Source: an uncultured Candidatus Saccharibacteria bacterium
Lineage (GTDB): Bacteria; Patescibacteriota; Doudnabacteria; UBA920
Reading direction: 5' to 3'
Assembly: GCA_964453405.1 (NCBI GenBank)
Contig: CAYVOF010000001.1
Span: 1,531-65,530 of the forward strand
Length of the DNA stretch: 64,000 bases
The stretch's first letter is position 1; the number at the start of each line of letters is the position of its first letter. Made by a program: the position numbers and the translations under genes. Shown one piece after another: positions 1 to 10,042 of the stretch. A model generated the notes under the pieces. The model was given only the letters and a program-made list of their open reading frames with translations. It was not told the origin of the DNA and searched no databases.

Positions 1-324
1 GTTAAAACAGAAAAATGTTTTTGCTGGAATTCCAGTTACAGCGTTCGTGTTGCTAAAACATAAAGTATCAGCAAAAAGTCCATCACTCATTCCAAATGTA
101 CCACTAACTTTTTGTGTTGTGGTAGCTGCAGGTGCAGGTGTGGCTTGAGGAGTTGAACTTGTTTGGTCTTCTATTGGGGTTAGTGAAGTTGGTTGAGTAG
201 AGTTAAGTGGTTGCAGTGGTAACTCATTGGACATCTTACCAGCGTTAAAGGCTACATAACCAATTCCTAAGGCAACTACTAAACCTATAAGAATACCCAA
301 AGGTAATTTATAACTTTCGTTCAT
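1..324 (-). CDS. Hypothetical membrane-anchored protein with Thr/Pro-rich linker (partial, runs off window start)
   Basis: Manual translation from ATG at 324: MNESYKLPLGILIGLVVALGIGYVAF...QPTSLTPIEDQTSSTPQATPAPAATTT; open to position 1. Confidence 0.75.
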   Translation of the reverse strand, partial: MNESYKLPLGILIGLVVALGIGYVAFNAGKMSNELPLQPLNSTQPTSLTPIEDQTSSTPQATPAPAATTTQKVSGTFGMSDGLFADTLCFSNTNAVTGIPAKTFFCFN

Positions 325-344
325 ATAAATAAATTTAATTTTTT

Positions 345-893
345 TTAGAATTTTACTTCTACATTCTGACCCTCTACACCTTTTTCATCGATGTCAAAGA
401 AAGCACGCTTGGTAAATCCAAGCATGGAAGCAAATAAGTTTGTAGGGAAGACTTCAATTTTAGTGTTAAAGTCACGAACATTGCCGTTGTAAAAGCGGCG
501 AGCGGCTTGGATCTTATTTTCTGTGTCAGTAAGATCGCTTTGCAATTGCATAAAGTTTTGGTTGCTCTTTAAGTCAGGATAGTTTTCGGATACAGCAAAC
601 AAACTTTTTAAGGTTCCAGAAAGCATGTTTTCGTCTTTTGCATGCTCTTCGGGAGTTTTGGCATTCATAGCCATATTTCGGGCTTCGGTAACTTTTTGAA
701 GTACACCAGATTCCTGCGCAGCAAAACCTTTAACGGTATTTACCAAGTTAGGAATCAAATCGTAACGACGCTTTAATTGCACTTCGATGTCGCTCCAAGC
801 TTCGTCAACACGATTTTTAGAACGAATTAGGCCGTTGTAAATTACGATTATCGCAATTACCACAATGGCAATAACTACTAAGAAAATCCACAT
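345..893 (-). CDS. lemA: LemA family protein
   Basis: N-terminal TM, YNGL, QLKRRYDLIPNLV, ENYPDLKSNQNF, ARRFYN motifs. Confidence 0.95.
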   Translation of the reverse strand: MWIFLVVIAIVVIAIIVIYNGLIRSKNRVDEAWSDIEVQLKRRYDLIPNLVNTVKGFAAQESGVLQKVTEARNMAMNAKTPEEHAKDENMLSGTLKSLFAVSENYPDLKSNQNFMQLQSDLTDTENKIQAARRFYNGNVRDFNTKIEVFPTNLFASMLGFTKRAFFDIDEKGVEGQNVEVKF

Positions 894-949
894 AAATTTA
901 GATATTAATGATTTTCTCTATTATATCAAGTTTTAAGGGACAATTCTAA

Positions 950-978
950 TTGACGCGTCCAGTAAAGTTCTTTATAAT
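950..978 (+). promoter_or_regulatory. sigma70 promoter of small ORF at 1018
   Basis: TTGACG-17bp-TATAAT. Confidence 0.7.
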
Positions 979-1017
979 CTTTTAATACAATCAAACAATA
1001 TTAAGTGAGGATTAATT

Positions 1018-1197
1018 ATGGAGGGACAAGATTTGATGAAAAAAGAAGTCGCCAGAGAATATGATCAGGTCTGTCATGAAACGATCGAAGCGGAAGAATT
1101 TAAAAAGCAATTGGCACCACATGATGTCCGTACAGTGAACTATTTGAGGCAAATCCATCGTGGCGTTGAGCCAATCACAAGCGAGCGTCTAGAGTAA
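1018..1197 (+). CDS. Small hypothetical protein (59 aa), absent from the ORF track
   Basis: MEGQDLMKKEVAREYDQVCHE...; own promoter, GAGG SD, hairpin plus T-tract at the end. Confidence 0.6.
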   Translation: MEGQDLMKKEVAREYDQVCHETIEAEEFKKQLAPHDVRTVNYLRQIHRGVEPITSERLE

Positions 1198-1241
1198 ATC
1201 TAGCGCTTTTCTTTTTGGTAAATTTTCTCTATAATAAGCCT

Positions 1242-1523
1242 ATGTTAACTCCAGAGGAAGTCAAAAAAGTAGCGAATTTATCGCGTATCGAATTGCGTGA
1301 CGGCGAAGTCGAAAAGTTTCAAAAGGACTTGTCGAGCATTATTGATTATGTCGCCGAGCTGCAGGCTGTAGATACCGATGGGGTGGAAATCGTTTCGTCC
1401 GTTACTGGTTTGGAAAATGTGGAGCGCGCCGACGAAGCTGTGATGATTGATTATCAGGAACAGATTATGGCTAACGCTCCTGAACGAAAAGATAAGTACT
1501 ACAAAGTTAAGTCGATTTTATAA
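1242..1523 (+). CDS. gatC: Asp/Glu-tRNA amidotransferase subunit C
   Basis: EEVKKVANLSRI...NAPERKDKYYKV; ATG 6 nt after TATAAT; precedes gatA. Confidence 0.93.
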   Translation: MLTPEEVKKVANLSRIELRDGEVEKFQKDLSSIIDYVAELQAVDTDGVEIVSSVTGLENVERADEAVMIDYQEQIMANAPERKDKYYKVKSIL

Positions 1524-3013
1524 TGAAGTTTGAAGAATTATCATTAACAGAGCTTCGCCAGAAGCTAGATAGTAAAGAAGTTTCGTCAGTTGAACTGACG
1601 AAATATTTTTTGGCGCGAATTAGCGAGCAATCGCCAGTAGGAGACTTAGAAAAGTTAAATGCTTTTATCACAATTGATGAAGAACATGCTTTGGCACAAG
1701 CGCAGGAAGCGGATGAGTATATGGCCGCTGGTACAGGCGAGAATCCTTTACTATGCGGAATTCCTTTTGCTGCTAAAGATTTGTTTTTAACAAAAGGTGT
1801 GAAAACAACTGCGGCGTCAAAAATTTTAGAAAATTATATTCCACCTTACGACTCAACCGTGATTGCTAAATTAAAAGAGCAGAAAGCTGTGATGATTGGC
1901 AAAACCAACTTAGATCAGTTTGCGCATGGTTCTAGTGGTGAAACTTCTTTTTTTGGTGCAACTCGCAATCCGTGGGATTTAACTCGTATGCCGGGTGGTT
2001 CTTCCTCTGGTTCGGCCAGCGCGGTTGCAGCACGGTTAACTCCATGGGCGCTAGCAACCGAAACAGGCGGATCTATTCGTCAGCCGGCTTCACTTACAGG
2101 AATTAGCGGCTGGAAGCCAACTTACGGTCGAGTGTCTCGGTATGGTGTAGCAGCAATGGCTTCGAGTTTGGACAGTATGGGTGCCATGGCACAGTGTGTT
2201 CAAGATTTAGCAATGATCGCCGAGAGTATTAGCGGCCATGATCCAAAAGACGGTACTACTAATCCAATCGCAGTGCCAAATTATAGTAAAGATTTAAACG
2301 CCGACATCAAGGGCTTAAAGATAGGTATTCCAAAAGAATATTTTATCGAAGGCATGGAGCCGGGTGTTCGCACTGCAGTAGAAGCGGCTATTGAAGAAAT
2401 CAAAAAACTTGGCGCAGAAGTTAAAGAAGTAAGTTTGCCAAACACAAAGTATGGTTCGTTGGTGTACGCGATTATTTGTCCGAGCGAAGTCGCCTCTAAC
2501 TTGGCGCGTTACGATGGAATTCGTTATGGCCATTCGACGCAAGAGGGCAAAGATTTGTTTGAAGTTTATGCGCATAGCCGCGCCGAAGGTTTTGGCGACG
2601 AAGCCAAGCGCCGAATCATGACCGGTAACTACGTGCTTAGCGCGGGCTATTATGATGCCTATTACAAAAAGGCGCAGCGCGTGCGTCGGTTGATCATGAA
2701 TGAATTTGAAGAGGTGTTTAAAGATGTTGATGTGTTGTTAGCGCCGAGTGTGGCGAGTGTAGCACAGCCTTTAGGAGAAGCTGCGAACAATCCACTTCAT
2801 GGTTACATTGCTGATCAATTGAATATTCCTGGGAGCTTAGCAGGGTTGCCGGCACTTTCGGTGCCTTGTGGTTTTGCCTCTAGCGATGGCAAGGAATTAC
2901 CAGTCGGCTTGCAAATTATTGGTCCGCAGTGGGGTGATCAAAAAGTTTTTAATGTTGGTTATGCTTTTCAGGAAGTGACTGATTGGCATAAAAAGAAACC
3001 AAATATTATATGA
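1523..3013 (+). CDS. gatA: Asp/Glu-tRNA amidotransferase subunit A
   Basis: Amidase signature [24 protein letters not shown]. Confidence 0.97.
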   Translation: MKFEELSLTELRQKLDSKEVSSVELTKYFLARISEQSPVGDLEKLNAFITIDEEHALAQAQEADEYMAAGTGENPLLCGIPFAAKDLFLTKGVKTTAASKILENYIPPYDSTVIAKLKEQKAVMIGKTNLDQFAHGSSGETSFFGATRNPWDLTRMPGGSSSGSASAVAARLTPWALATETGGSIRQPASLTGISGWKPTYGRVSRYGVAAMASSLDSMGAMAQCVQDLAMIAESISGHDPKDGTTNPIAVPNYSKDLNADIKGLKIGIPKEYFIEGMEPGVRTAVEAAIEEIKKLGAEVKEVSLPNTKYGSLVYAIICPSEVASNLARYDGIRYGHSTQEGKDLFEVYAHSRAEGFGDEAKRRIMTGNYVLSAGYYDAYYKKAQRVRRLIMNEFEEVFKDVDVLLAPSVASVAQPLGEAANNPLHGYIADQLNIPGSLAGLPALSVPCGFASSDGKELPVGLQIIGPQWGDQKVFNVGYAFQEVTDWHKKKPNII

Positions 3014-3342
3014 CGAGTTGGAATGAAGTAAAGTATGATGATGATTCGAGAGCAATGGATGCTCACTACACCCCAAAACGTTACAGGGTTTTTATGGCTC
3101 CTATTTTAGCAATTTTATTTGCTTGCGTTGCTATTATGACTATCTGGTCAAATACATTCGTAGGTGTTGATTCCGTGGGAGTAAAATTTGATACACTTTC
3201 AATATTATTATCATTAGGTTTTTTTGCTGATTCTATTTATGAATTCATTTGTCCCTCAAGATACAAAATCGCTCTAGCCTTTATTATTATTTTTTCGGTA
3301 ATGCCAATTATTTTTTATCTCAAGATGTTATATTCAGTTTAA
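3010..3342 (+). CDS. Hypothetical membrane protein (about 3 TM) inside the gat operon
   Basis: Hydrophobic ORF; ATGA overlap with gatA stop. Confidence 0.65.
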   Translation: MTSWNEVKYDDDSRAMDAHYTPKRYRVFMAPILAILFACVAIMTIWSNTFVGVDSVGVKFDTLSILLSLGFFADSIYEFICPSRYKIALAFIIIFSVMPIIFYLKMLYSV

Positions 3343-3352
3343 CCTTACTTTT

Positions 3353-4876
3353 ATGGACCTAAAAAACTACAAACCAGTTATCGGACTAGAAATCCACGTG
3401 CAGCTTGCTACCAAGAGCAAGATGTTTTCGAGCGCGCCCAATAATCCTGATGAAAAAGAACCTAATACTAATATAGACGAAGTTGTTACTGCTGAGCCTG
3501 GGACTTTGCCTGTGCTAAATAAAGAAGCAGTGCGTCTGGGTGTAATGGTTGGCTTAGCTTTGAACTGCGAAATTCCAGAGTTTTCAAAATTTGATCGCAA
3601 ACATTATTTTTATCCTGATTTACCAAAGGGTTATCAGATTTCGCAGTATGATGAACCAATTGCTCAGCACGGTTTTGTAGATGTGCTTGTTCCACCGAAT
3701 GCAGATCGTACAACCAACCCCGACAGCTACACCAAGCGCGTGCGGATTACGCGCGCCCATCTCGAAGAAGACGCTGGCAAAAACACTCACCCAGAAGGTT
3801 TGCCTTATTCACTTGTCGACTACAACCGCGCCGGTTCGCCGCTCTTAGAAATTGTCACTGAGCCTGACATTGAAACCGCCGAAGAAGCGCGCATCTTTTT
3901 GCAAGAATTACAAAGAATAGTTCGCTATGTTGGCGCCTCAAGCGCTGACATGGAAAAAGGCACCATGCGTTGTGAGCCAAACATCAGCGTGCGCAAACCT
4001 GGCGAAGAGAGTTTGCCAAAGTACAAAGTTGAGGTTAAGAACATCAACAGTTTTAAATTTGCCGAAGCGGCAATTAATTATGAAGTTCCTCGTCACATCG
4101 AGATGTTAGAAAATGGCGAGATGCCCAAGCAGGTGACAATGGGTTGGAATGAAAAAACATCTTCTACCGTGGAACAGCGGAGCAAAGAAGAAGCCAATGA
4201 TTATCGCTACTTCCCAGAGCCAGATTTGGCGCCAATGCATTTTACAAAAGAATTTATCGAACAGCTCCGCGGTGATTTGCCAGAGTTGCCATCAGCTAAG
4301 CGCACGCGTTTTGCAGAGGAGTTTGGTTTGAACGCAGATACAATTGAAGATCTTTTAGGTTGGAAAGAATTGAATGAATATTTTGAAAATGTTGTGAGTG
4401 AAATTGATGCGTGGATGATCGCCGATGGTAACGGCGAAAACAAAGATTTGCGCGCAAAACTAATTAAGTCTGCAGCGAACTGGTGCTTGCAGGATTTTTC
4501 TGCGTTGTTAAATGCGCAACTTGCTAATCCATTAGAGTCACGAATTTCTGCAGAGAACATGGCCGAGCTGGTTAAACTTATAGATAGCGGAAAAATTAGT
4601 AGCAGTGCAGCCAAACAAGTCTTCAAAAAAATGTACGAAACTGGTGGTGAACCAGATGGTATTGTCGAAGATTTAGGTTTAACTCAGGTCAGCGACGAAG
4701 GTGCAATTGATGCCGCTATCGACACTGTAATTGCAGCCAACGAAAAAGCCGTTAACGACTATAAAGCCGGCGAACAAAAATCCTTTGGCTTTTTGGTAGG
4801 TCAAGTCATGGCTCACATGAAAGGCAAAGCCAATCCACAGGTGGTTAACGAACTTCTTAAGAAAAAACTCAGTTAA
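3353..4876 (+). CDS. gatB: Asp/Glu-tRNA amidotransferase subunit B
   Basis: IGLEIHVQL, YFYPDLPKGYQISQ, HLEEDAGK, YRYFPEPDL. Confidence 0.97.
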   Translation: MDLKNYKPVIGLEIHVQLATKSKMFSSAPNNPDEKEPNTNIDEVVTAEPGTLPVLNKEAVRLGVMVGLALNCEIPEFSKFDRKHYFYPDLPKGYQISQYDEPIAQHGFVDVLVPPNADRTTNPDSYTKRVRITRAHLEEDAGKNTHPEGLPYSLVDYNRAGSPLLEIVTEPDIETAEEARIFLQELQRIVRYVGASSADMEKGTMRCEPNISVRKPGEESLPKYKVEVKNINSFKFAEAAINYEVPRHIEMLENGEMPKQVTMGWNEKTSSTVEQRSKEEANDYRYFPEPDLAPMHFTKEFIEQLRGDLPELPSAKRTRFAEEFGLNADTIEDLLGWKELNEYFENVVSEIDAWMIADGNGENKDLRAKLIKSAANWCLQDFSALLNAQLANPLESRISAENMAELVKLIDSGKISSSAAKQVFKKMYETGGEPDGIVEDLGLTQVSDEGAIDAAIDTVIAANEKAVNDYKAGEQKSFGFLVGQVMAHMKGKANPQVVNELLKKKLS

Positions 4877-4902
4877 ATATAAAACGGCAACTAATGTTGC
4901 CG
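4877..4902 (-). terminator. Intrinsic terminator
   Basis: cggcaac-taat-gttgccg hairpin with T-tract on the minus strand. Confidence 0.7.
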
Positions 4903-4909
4903 CATCACT

Positions 4910-5335
4910 TTAACTGAACATAAACGCTAGTAAATAAGTGTTCCCATCAAACCTGGCTCCAACCGCAGCCATGGGTTTATCTGGCTCATTCGCGAGGTCA
5001 AGTCCGGACTCAGCAATTTTTTTAGCTGTCTGTTTGATCTTGTCCACCATATCTTTGCTTAGAGACTTTGGATATTTATCAGGTGTAAATACCTCGTTAA
5101 ATAGAGGAATGAGATCACAAATAAAACTTCCTACCTGTGGTATCCTTGTCTCCGGAGTGTTAAAGCCCACCATCCTTAATGGTGTAATGATGTGGGTCCT
5201 AACTGTATCATGCTTTTTGGTGGAAATAGATAAATCCACAAATTTCTTATCTTTAGTCTCAATAAATATTAGCGTTTCTGGGCAGGTGTCGATGCTAAAA
5301 TTTGTGAAGCCTAACGCTGCACCTTCTCCTATCAT
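4910..5335 (-). CDS. Hypothetical protein (accessory unit)
   Basis: TTGCAA-17-TAGACT at 5413-5385, AAGGAG SD, own terminator. Confidence 0.7.
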   Translation of the reverse strand: MIGEGAALGFTNFSIDTCPETLIFIETKDKKFVDLSISTKKHDTVRTHIITPLRMVGFNTPETRIPQVGSFICDLIPLFNEVFTPDKYPKSLSKDMVDKIKQTAKKIAESGLDLANEPDKPMAAVGARFDGNTYLLAFMFS

Positions 5336-5423
5336 AATATTATCTCTCCTTAAAATTCAAATTTTCATTTTTCAATGAAGAATTAGTCTATCAGGAACGT
5401 TGGTTTTTTGCAAGAGCATAATA

Positions 5424-5453
5424 AAATATAAAACGCGTCACAAAAGTGACGCG
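5424..5453 (-). terminator. Intrinsic terminator
   Basis: cgcgtcac-aaaa-gtgacgcg followed by TTTTATATTTT on the minus strand. Confidence 0.75.
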
Positions 5454-5464
5454 CCTGCTAGTAT

Positions 5465-5893
5465 TTACCCAAGCACTTTCCAGTTTACTTTGACTTCATA
5501 TTTTCTAGACTGACTGAGATAAGTATGACTACCCATTCTAGGTATAGTTCCGTCAGGGCTTTTTTTATTTGCCCATTCACGGAGTTCGCGTTCGATCTTC
5601 CTGCGCGCTTTGTTTATTTCATTCTGTAAACGATCATCCGTAAAAAAATGGAAGTCTTCTTCATTCTTTAGTAAAGGAATAATCTCTGCTCCCCATTTGA
5701 TTTTTTGGGATTCCCTTTTACCCTTTACTTCCCAACCCATAGCAATCCTACCAATACGTAGGGTATAGAAGATGAGTGATTGGTCATGTGGCACCTCTAA
5801 TTTTTTTACAGGGCTGTTCCCAGCAATTGGACCATTTCTTTCAACATAATATGTAATACACAGATCTGGTATAGTATAAGTTTTAAATGTCAT
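5465..5893 (-). CDS. Hypothetical protein (accessory unit)
   Basis: TTGACA-17-TAAACT at 5946-5918; AGGAGG SD 4 nt before ATG 5893. Confidence 0.7.
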   Translation of the reverse strand: MTFKTYTIPDLCITYYVERNGPIAGNSPVKKLEVPHDQSLIFYTLRIGRIAMGWEVKGKRESQKIKWGAEIIPLLKNEEDFHFFTDDRLQNEINKARRKIERELREWANKKSPDGTIPRMGSHTYLSQSRKYEVKVNWKVLG

Positions 5894-5920
5894 TGTTCCT
5901 CCTATGACTAACACTACAGT

Positions 5921-6895
5921 TTAAATATTAGTAAGCGCTTTGTCAATCCACCGAATATCCTTATTCCGCTTCCACCATGTCATTTGGCGCTTGGCGTATT
6001 GGCGGCTAGAAGTAAGTATCCCTTGTTCCATTTCTGGTTGAGTAATTTTATTTTGAAGAAATAGCTCGCAGTATCTGTACTCTAAACCAAAAGCTTCTAG
6101 TTTTTTCCAGCTTAAGCCAAACCCATTTTGGGATATTGGTTTATGTAAGTTTGCAACTTCCTTTATCATACCTATTTTTAATCGGGATTTTAATCTTTTG
6201 GTAATATTCTGTTTTAAAATATCCATACTCGGATTTAAGCCCAGCCATAAAACTCGATAATTTTTAAAAGTTTTTTGAGTATCTAGCTTTGGAACTGGTT
6301 TACCCGTACTCATTACAATCTCTAACGCACGAATCAAGCGATGTGGATTATTTTTATCAATCTCCGCGCCGCGCGCGGGGTCAAGCTCCTGTAACTTAGC
6401 AAACATTTGCGCGGGTGTGAGTTTAGCTAACTGAGCGCGCAGTTTTTTATCTGGTTTAACTTGAGGAAAATTATTATCATATATAACTGCGTCAATCCAG
6501 TGTCCTGTACCACCGCAAATTATTGGCATCTTGCCGCGCTTAAGAATATCAGCAATCGCGGCTCGAGCGCCGCGCTGAAAACGAGCCGAAGAATATTGGA
6601 CGCTGGGACTGGCTTCGTCAATCAAATAGTGGGGGACGCCTTTGTAAACAAAAACTTCATTATTTTTTTTCGCGCCGCCGCGACTTTTCGCCGCGCCTTG
6701 TTTGGTCCAGCGTCCTTCAACCTTACCCGAACCAATATCCATGCCTCTGTAAATTTGACGACTATCAGCAGAGATAATTTCGCCGTTATATTTTTTTGCT
6801 AGTTTAACAGCTAATTCACTTTTACCAGAAGCGGTTGGGCCGACTACGCAAATTAGATCGTAACTTTTGATTAAATTATTCGTTAATGTGTTCAT
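5921..6895 (-). CDS. miaA: tRNA dimethylallyltransferase
   Basis: GPTASGKS, ISADSRQIYRGMDIG, RQYAKRQMTW. Confidence 0.97.
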   Translation of the reverse strand: MNTLTNNLIKSYDLICVVGPTASGKSELAVKLAKKYNGEIISADSRQIYRGMDIGSGKVEGRWTKQGAAKSRGGAKKNNEVFVYKGVPHYLIDEASPSVQYSSARFQRGARAAIADILKRGKMPIICGGTGHWIDAVIYDNNFPQVKPDKKLRAQLAKLTPAQMFAKLQELDPARGAEIDKNNPHRLIRALEIVMSTGKPVPKLDTQKTFKNYRVLWLGLNPSMDILKQNITKRLKSRLKIGMIKEVANLHKPISQNGFGLSWKKLEAFGLEYRYCELFLQNKITQPEMEQGILTSSRQYAKRQMTWWKRNKDIRWIDKALTNI

Positions 6896-6939
6896 AAGCA
6901 GTGTTATAATAAAAATATCATAATTAACTTAATAAATAT

Positions 6940-7482
6940 ATGAAAAATAAAGGTATAATGATAGCCATTTTGGTGGTTATTGTTGGAGTAGCTGGGTTTT
7001 TACTTTTTAATCCAAAAAAAGACACATCTCAACTTGCTTCTGAACAAAGTAGTAAAAATTCGGCGGATAGTATAACAGATGATAAAAATACTACACCCGA
7101 TACTACCAATCCTACTACATCACCAAACACCACAACTTCTACTAAAGATAATTCCGAAGAAACCCAAGGTCAATTTAGCGGCGAAGACGATATTACTTCA
7201 CCAGATGTAGCGGTGTTTGAAGTTAGTTATGACGGCACTTCTTTTAGCCCAAAAACTACTACAATTAATGCCGGCGATATTGTAGTATTTAAAAATGATA
7301 GCCAGAGTGATTTATGGCCAGCTTCTGATCCGCACCCTACTCATACTAACTATCCGGAATTTAATGCTCAAAAATCTATAGCCCCTGGCGGTAAGTTTGA
7401 ATTTAAATTTACAAAAGTTGGAACATGGGGATACCATAACCATAAAAATCATGACGCCACAGGAACAATTATTGTAAAATAG
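6940..7482 (+). CDS. Membrane-anchored cupredoxin-domain protein
   Basis: N-terminal TM, Thr-rich linker, ASDPHPTHT...GTWGYHNH...GTIIV. Confidence 0.8.
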   Translation: MKNKGIMIAILVVIVGVAGFLLFNPKKDTSQLASEQSSKNSADSITDDKNTTPDTTNPTTSPNTTTSTKDNSEETQGQFSGEDDITSPDVAVFEVSYDGTSFSPKTTTINAGDIVVFKNDSQSDLWPASDPHPTHTNYPEFNAQKSIAPGGKFEFKFTKVGTWGYHNHKNHDATGTIIVK

Positions 7483-7554
7483 TATAAATGGTTTTAAGGA
7501 TAAAAGCGGCTAAGGCTAGACAGTCTTTCGCCGCTTTTATGGTATAATAAACAG

Positions 7555-8379
7555 GTGAAAACTCATAAAAAACAACAAGATTGGCACACAGCAGGACAAG
7601 CTGGGGCCAAAAATTTGTTATCCAATTTTTTGAATGGGGACAATATTGATGATATCCCACATGCTTTTTTATTCTTAGGCCCGAGCGGAGTTGGTAAGCA
7701 ATTGTTAGCTCAGGAATTTGCTCAAAAAATTGCTGGTCAAAATAATAGCGAAGTTTTAGAATACGACTTTGCAGAATCAAGTAGCGTAGAAGATCTTCGG
7801 GATCTCATTAGTTTGTCGAGCCTAACTGCGGCCGCAAACAGTAGAAAAATTTTCTTACTTAAGAATTTTGAATTGGCCAATATAGCTAGCAACAATGTAA
7901 TGCTTAAAACCTTAGAAGAACCCTCCTCTAGCAGTATGTTCTTATTAGTTGCCAATGCTAATCGAGTTTTGCCTACCGTGATGTCGCGTTGCATTGCTAT
8001 CCGATGTTTTCCGGTGATGGGCTTGAATGTTGAATCTAGTTTACCTAAAAATTTAGTAACGATTGTTGAGCAATTTCCTGAGTTGCTAAATCAGTTGGAG
8101 AACGATTCTGAAAAGGCCAATTTGATAAGCGAATTATTGTCTAAGCTGCAAACTCATCAGTTAGGGTTAATAAATTTAAATCAATTAGTAGAGTTAGAGG
8201 CGGATGATCTTAAATTATTCGTAAAGTTATGGATTCACGCTTTAAAACAAAATTTAGCAGAAGGTGAATTTGCTCAAACTTTACATAATATTAAAGTAGC
8301 TCAGAATACTGTCGAAGACTTACAGCGCAGTTATAATACGAAATTAGTGCTACAACAATTTTTAATTCAAACTCGTTAA
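7555..8379 (+). CDS. holB: DNA polymerase III delta-prime-like subunit
   Basis: PHAFLFLGPSGVGK, LKTLEEP, LPTVMSRC. Confidence 0.85.
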   Translation: MKTHKKQQDWHTAGQAGAKNLLSNFLNGDNIDDIPHAFLFLGPSGVGKQLLAQEFAQKIAGQNNSEVLEYDFAESSSVEDLRDLISLSSLTAAANSRKIFLLKNFELANIASNNVMLKTLEEPSSSSMFLLVANANRVLPTVMSRCIAIRCFPVMGLNVESSLPKNLVTIVEQFPELLNQLENDSEKANLISELLSKLQTHQLGLINLNQLVELEADDLKLFVKLWIHALKQNLAEGEFAQTLHNIKVAQNTVEDLQRSYNTKLVLQQFLIQTR

Positions 8380-8394
8380 AATAAAAAATAGCTC

Positions 8395-9447
8395 ATGAAA
8401 AAAATACTCATCTCATTAATCGCGATAAGTTTGCTAGGTGTTTCTTGCAATCTTGGTCAAAAAACGGTCAAGGTCGGGATTATTAAAACGGCCAATGGCG
8501 GAGTTGATTGGCAGCCAGCAAATAAAATTGTTAATAATGAAAAAACATTATTAACTAAAAGTATTTCTCAACTTAAATTTAGCAACAACGGTGAGAAGAT
8601 TTTTGCTTCCAGTTTTGACGGCGGCCTGTATTCTACCGAAGACGCTGGTGAAAACTGGGCCGAAGTTTTGAGCGGTGTGATAATTTACGATTTTGCTATC
8701 GATCCAAATGATGACAAAAATATGTACGCCGCTAGTTACTTAGCCGATCGTGGTCGCTTAATTAGTACTAAAGACGGCGGTAAGTCGTGGACCGAAGTAT
8801 ATAGCGATGCGGGAAGTAAAAATCCTGTACGAGCTGTAGCTATCAATCCTAATAATTCTTCAGAAGTAATGATCGGTTTGGCTAAAGGTGCCTTAATCCA
8901 AAGTTCAGATTCTGGTACCTCATGGCGACTGATTAATAATTACAACGATCGAATCAATCGAATCCACTGGCAAAGCAATTCCGAAGTATATGTAGTGGTT
9001 AATAAGACTGGTGTATTTAGAAGTATTGATAATGGAAATAGCTTTACCCAAATTTCTAAAAGTTTAGTTGCCCCTTCGGACCGTTCAAAATCAACACTCT
9101 TTAGCACTAAAGACATTAAAGATTATCGACAACTGGCAATTGATCCTTCTAATACATCTGCTTTATGGCTAACTACTAATAAAGGGTTATTCCGTTCAAA
9201 TGATGGCGGAAATAGATGGAATTATGTTAGTATGCCTTTTAGACAGGTAGATGCTTCGCCGTTTGCAGTGGCTGTCGCGCCAACTTCCAGCTCGGTGCTG
9301 TATGTGAGCAGTAATTATATTATTTTTAAGTCAATTGATGGGGGTATTAATTGGAGCTCTAGCAACACCGAAACTAATGGACTTACTACTTCACTATTAA
9401 TAAGCAGAGATTTGCCGCAAGTTGCTTTTGCCGGCGTGTCTAAATAA
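8395..9447 (+). CDS. BNR/YCF48-like beta-propeller lipoprotein
   Basis: Lipobox LGVSC; repeated SxDGGxSW Asp-boxes. Confidence 0.85.
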   Translation: MKKILISLIAISLLGVSCNLGQKTVKVGIIKTANGGVDWQPANKIVNNEKTLLTKSISQLKFSNNGEKIFASSFDGGLYSTEDAGENWAEVLSGVIIYDFAIDPNDDKNMYAASYLADRGRLISTKDGGKSWTEVYSDAGSKNPVRAVAINPNNSSEVMIGLAKGALIQSSDSGTSWRLINNYNDRINRIHWQSNSEVYVVVNKTGVFRSIDNGNSFTQISKSLVAPSDRSKSTLFSTKDIKDYRQLAIDPSNTSALWLTTNKGLFRSNDGGNRWNYVSMPFRQVDASPFAVAVAPTSSSVLYVSSNYIIFKSIDGGINWSSSNTETNGLTTSLLISRDLPQVAFAGVSK

Positions 9448-9470
9448 TTTTTCAAATAAATTCATAAATT

Positions 9471-10028
9471 ATGATTCAAGATATTATCAATCAACACAAA
9501 GAACAGTTCGAAAAATCGATCGAGCATTTTCATCATGAATTATCCAGCGTGCGTACTGGTCGCGCCAACCCGGCATTGCTTGCCACAGTTATGGTAGAAA
9601 GTTATGGAACCAAAGTGCCACTACAACAGGTTGCAAACATTACCGTTAGCGACGCCAAGACTCTGACTATTAGCCCATGGGACAAATCGCAAATTGGGGA
9701 AATCGAAAAAGGTATTCAAGTGGCTAATTTAGGATTTAATCCATCGAGCGATGGTCAAGTTGTACGAGTAAACTTACCAATGTTAACCGAAGATCGTCGT
9801 AAAGAAATGGTTAAGTTAGTTGGTCAGATGTCTGAGAATGCTCGCATTGCAATTCGTCAAGTCCGTGAAGAAATTATCAAAGCCAACAAAAAAGCTGAAA
9901 ACGACGGCGAGATTACCAAAGATGATGTCGCTGCCGCGCAAAAGAAAGTACAAGAAGTAGTTGATAAATATAATGATCAAATTAAAGATACTGCCGCAGA
10001 TAAAGAAAAAGAATTAATGACAGTGTAG
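9471..10028 (+). CDS. frr: Ribosome recycling factor
   Basis: VRTGRANP, LTEDRRKEMVK. Confidence 0.97.
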   Translation: MIQDIINQHKEQFEKSIEHFHHELSSVRTGRANPALLATVMVESYGTKVPLQQVANITVSDAKTLTISPWDKSQIGEIEKGIQVANLGFNPSSDGQVVRVNLPMLTEDRRKEMVKLVGQMSENARIAIRQVREEIIKANKKAENDGEITKDDVAAAQKKVQEVVDKYNDQIKDTAADKEKELMTV

Positions 10029-10042
10029 GAATTAAATAAACT

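Noticed and set aside
4938-5378. 146-aa plus-strand ORF and other overlapping shadow ORFs (e.g. 4207-4626, 9977-10402, 36340-36795, 45268-45942)
   Set aside because: Antisense or off-frame to better-supported genes and lacking expression signals
4877-5946. Integron array (tandem accessory units)
   Set aside because: No intI and no RYYYAAC...GTTRRRY attC; the spacers are plain terminators and promoters
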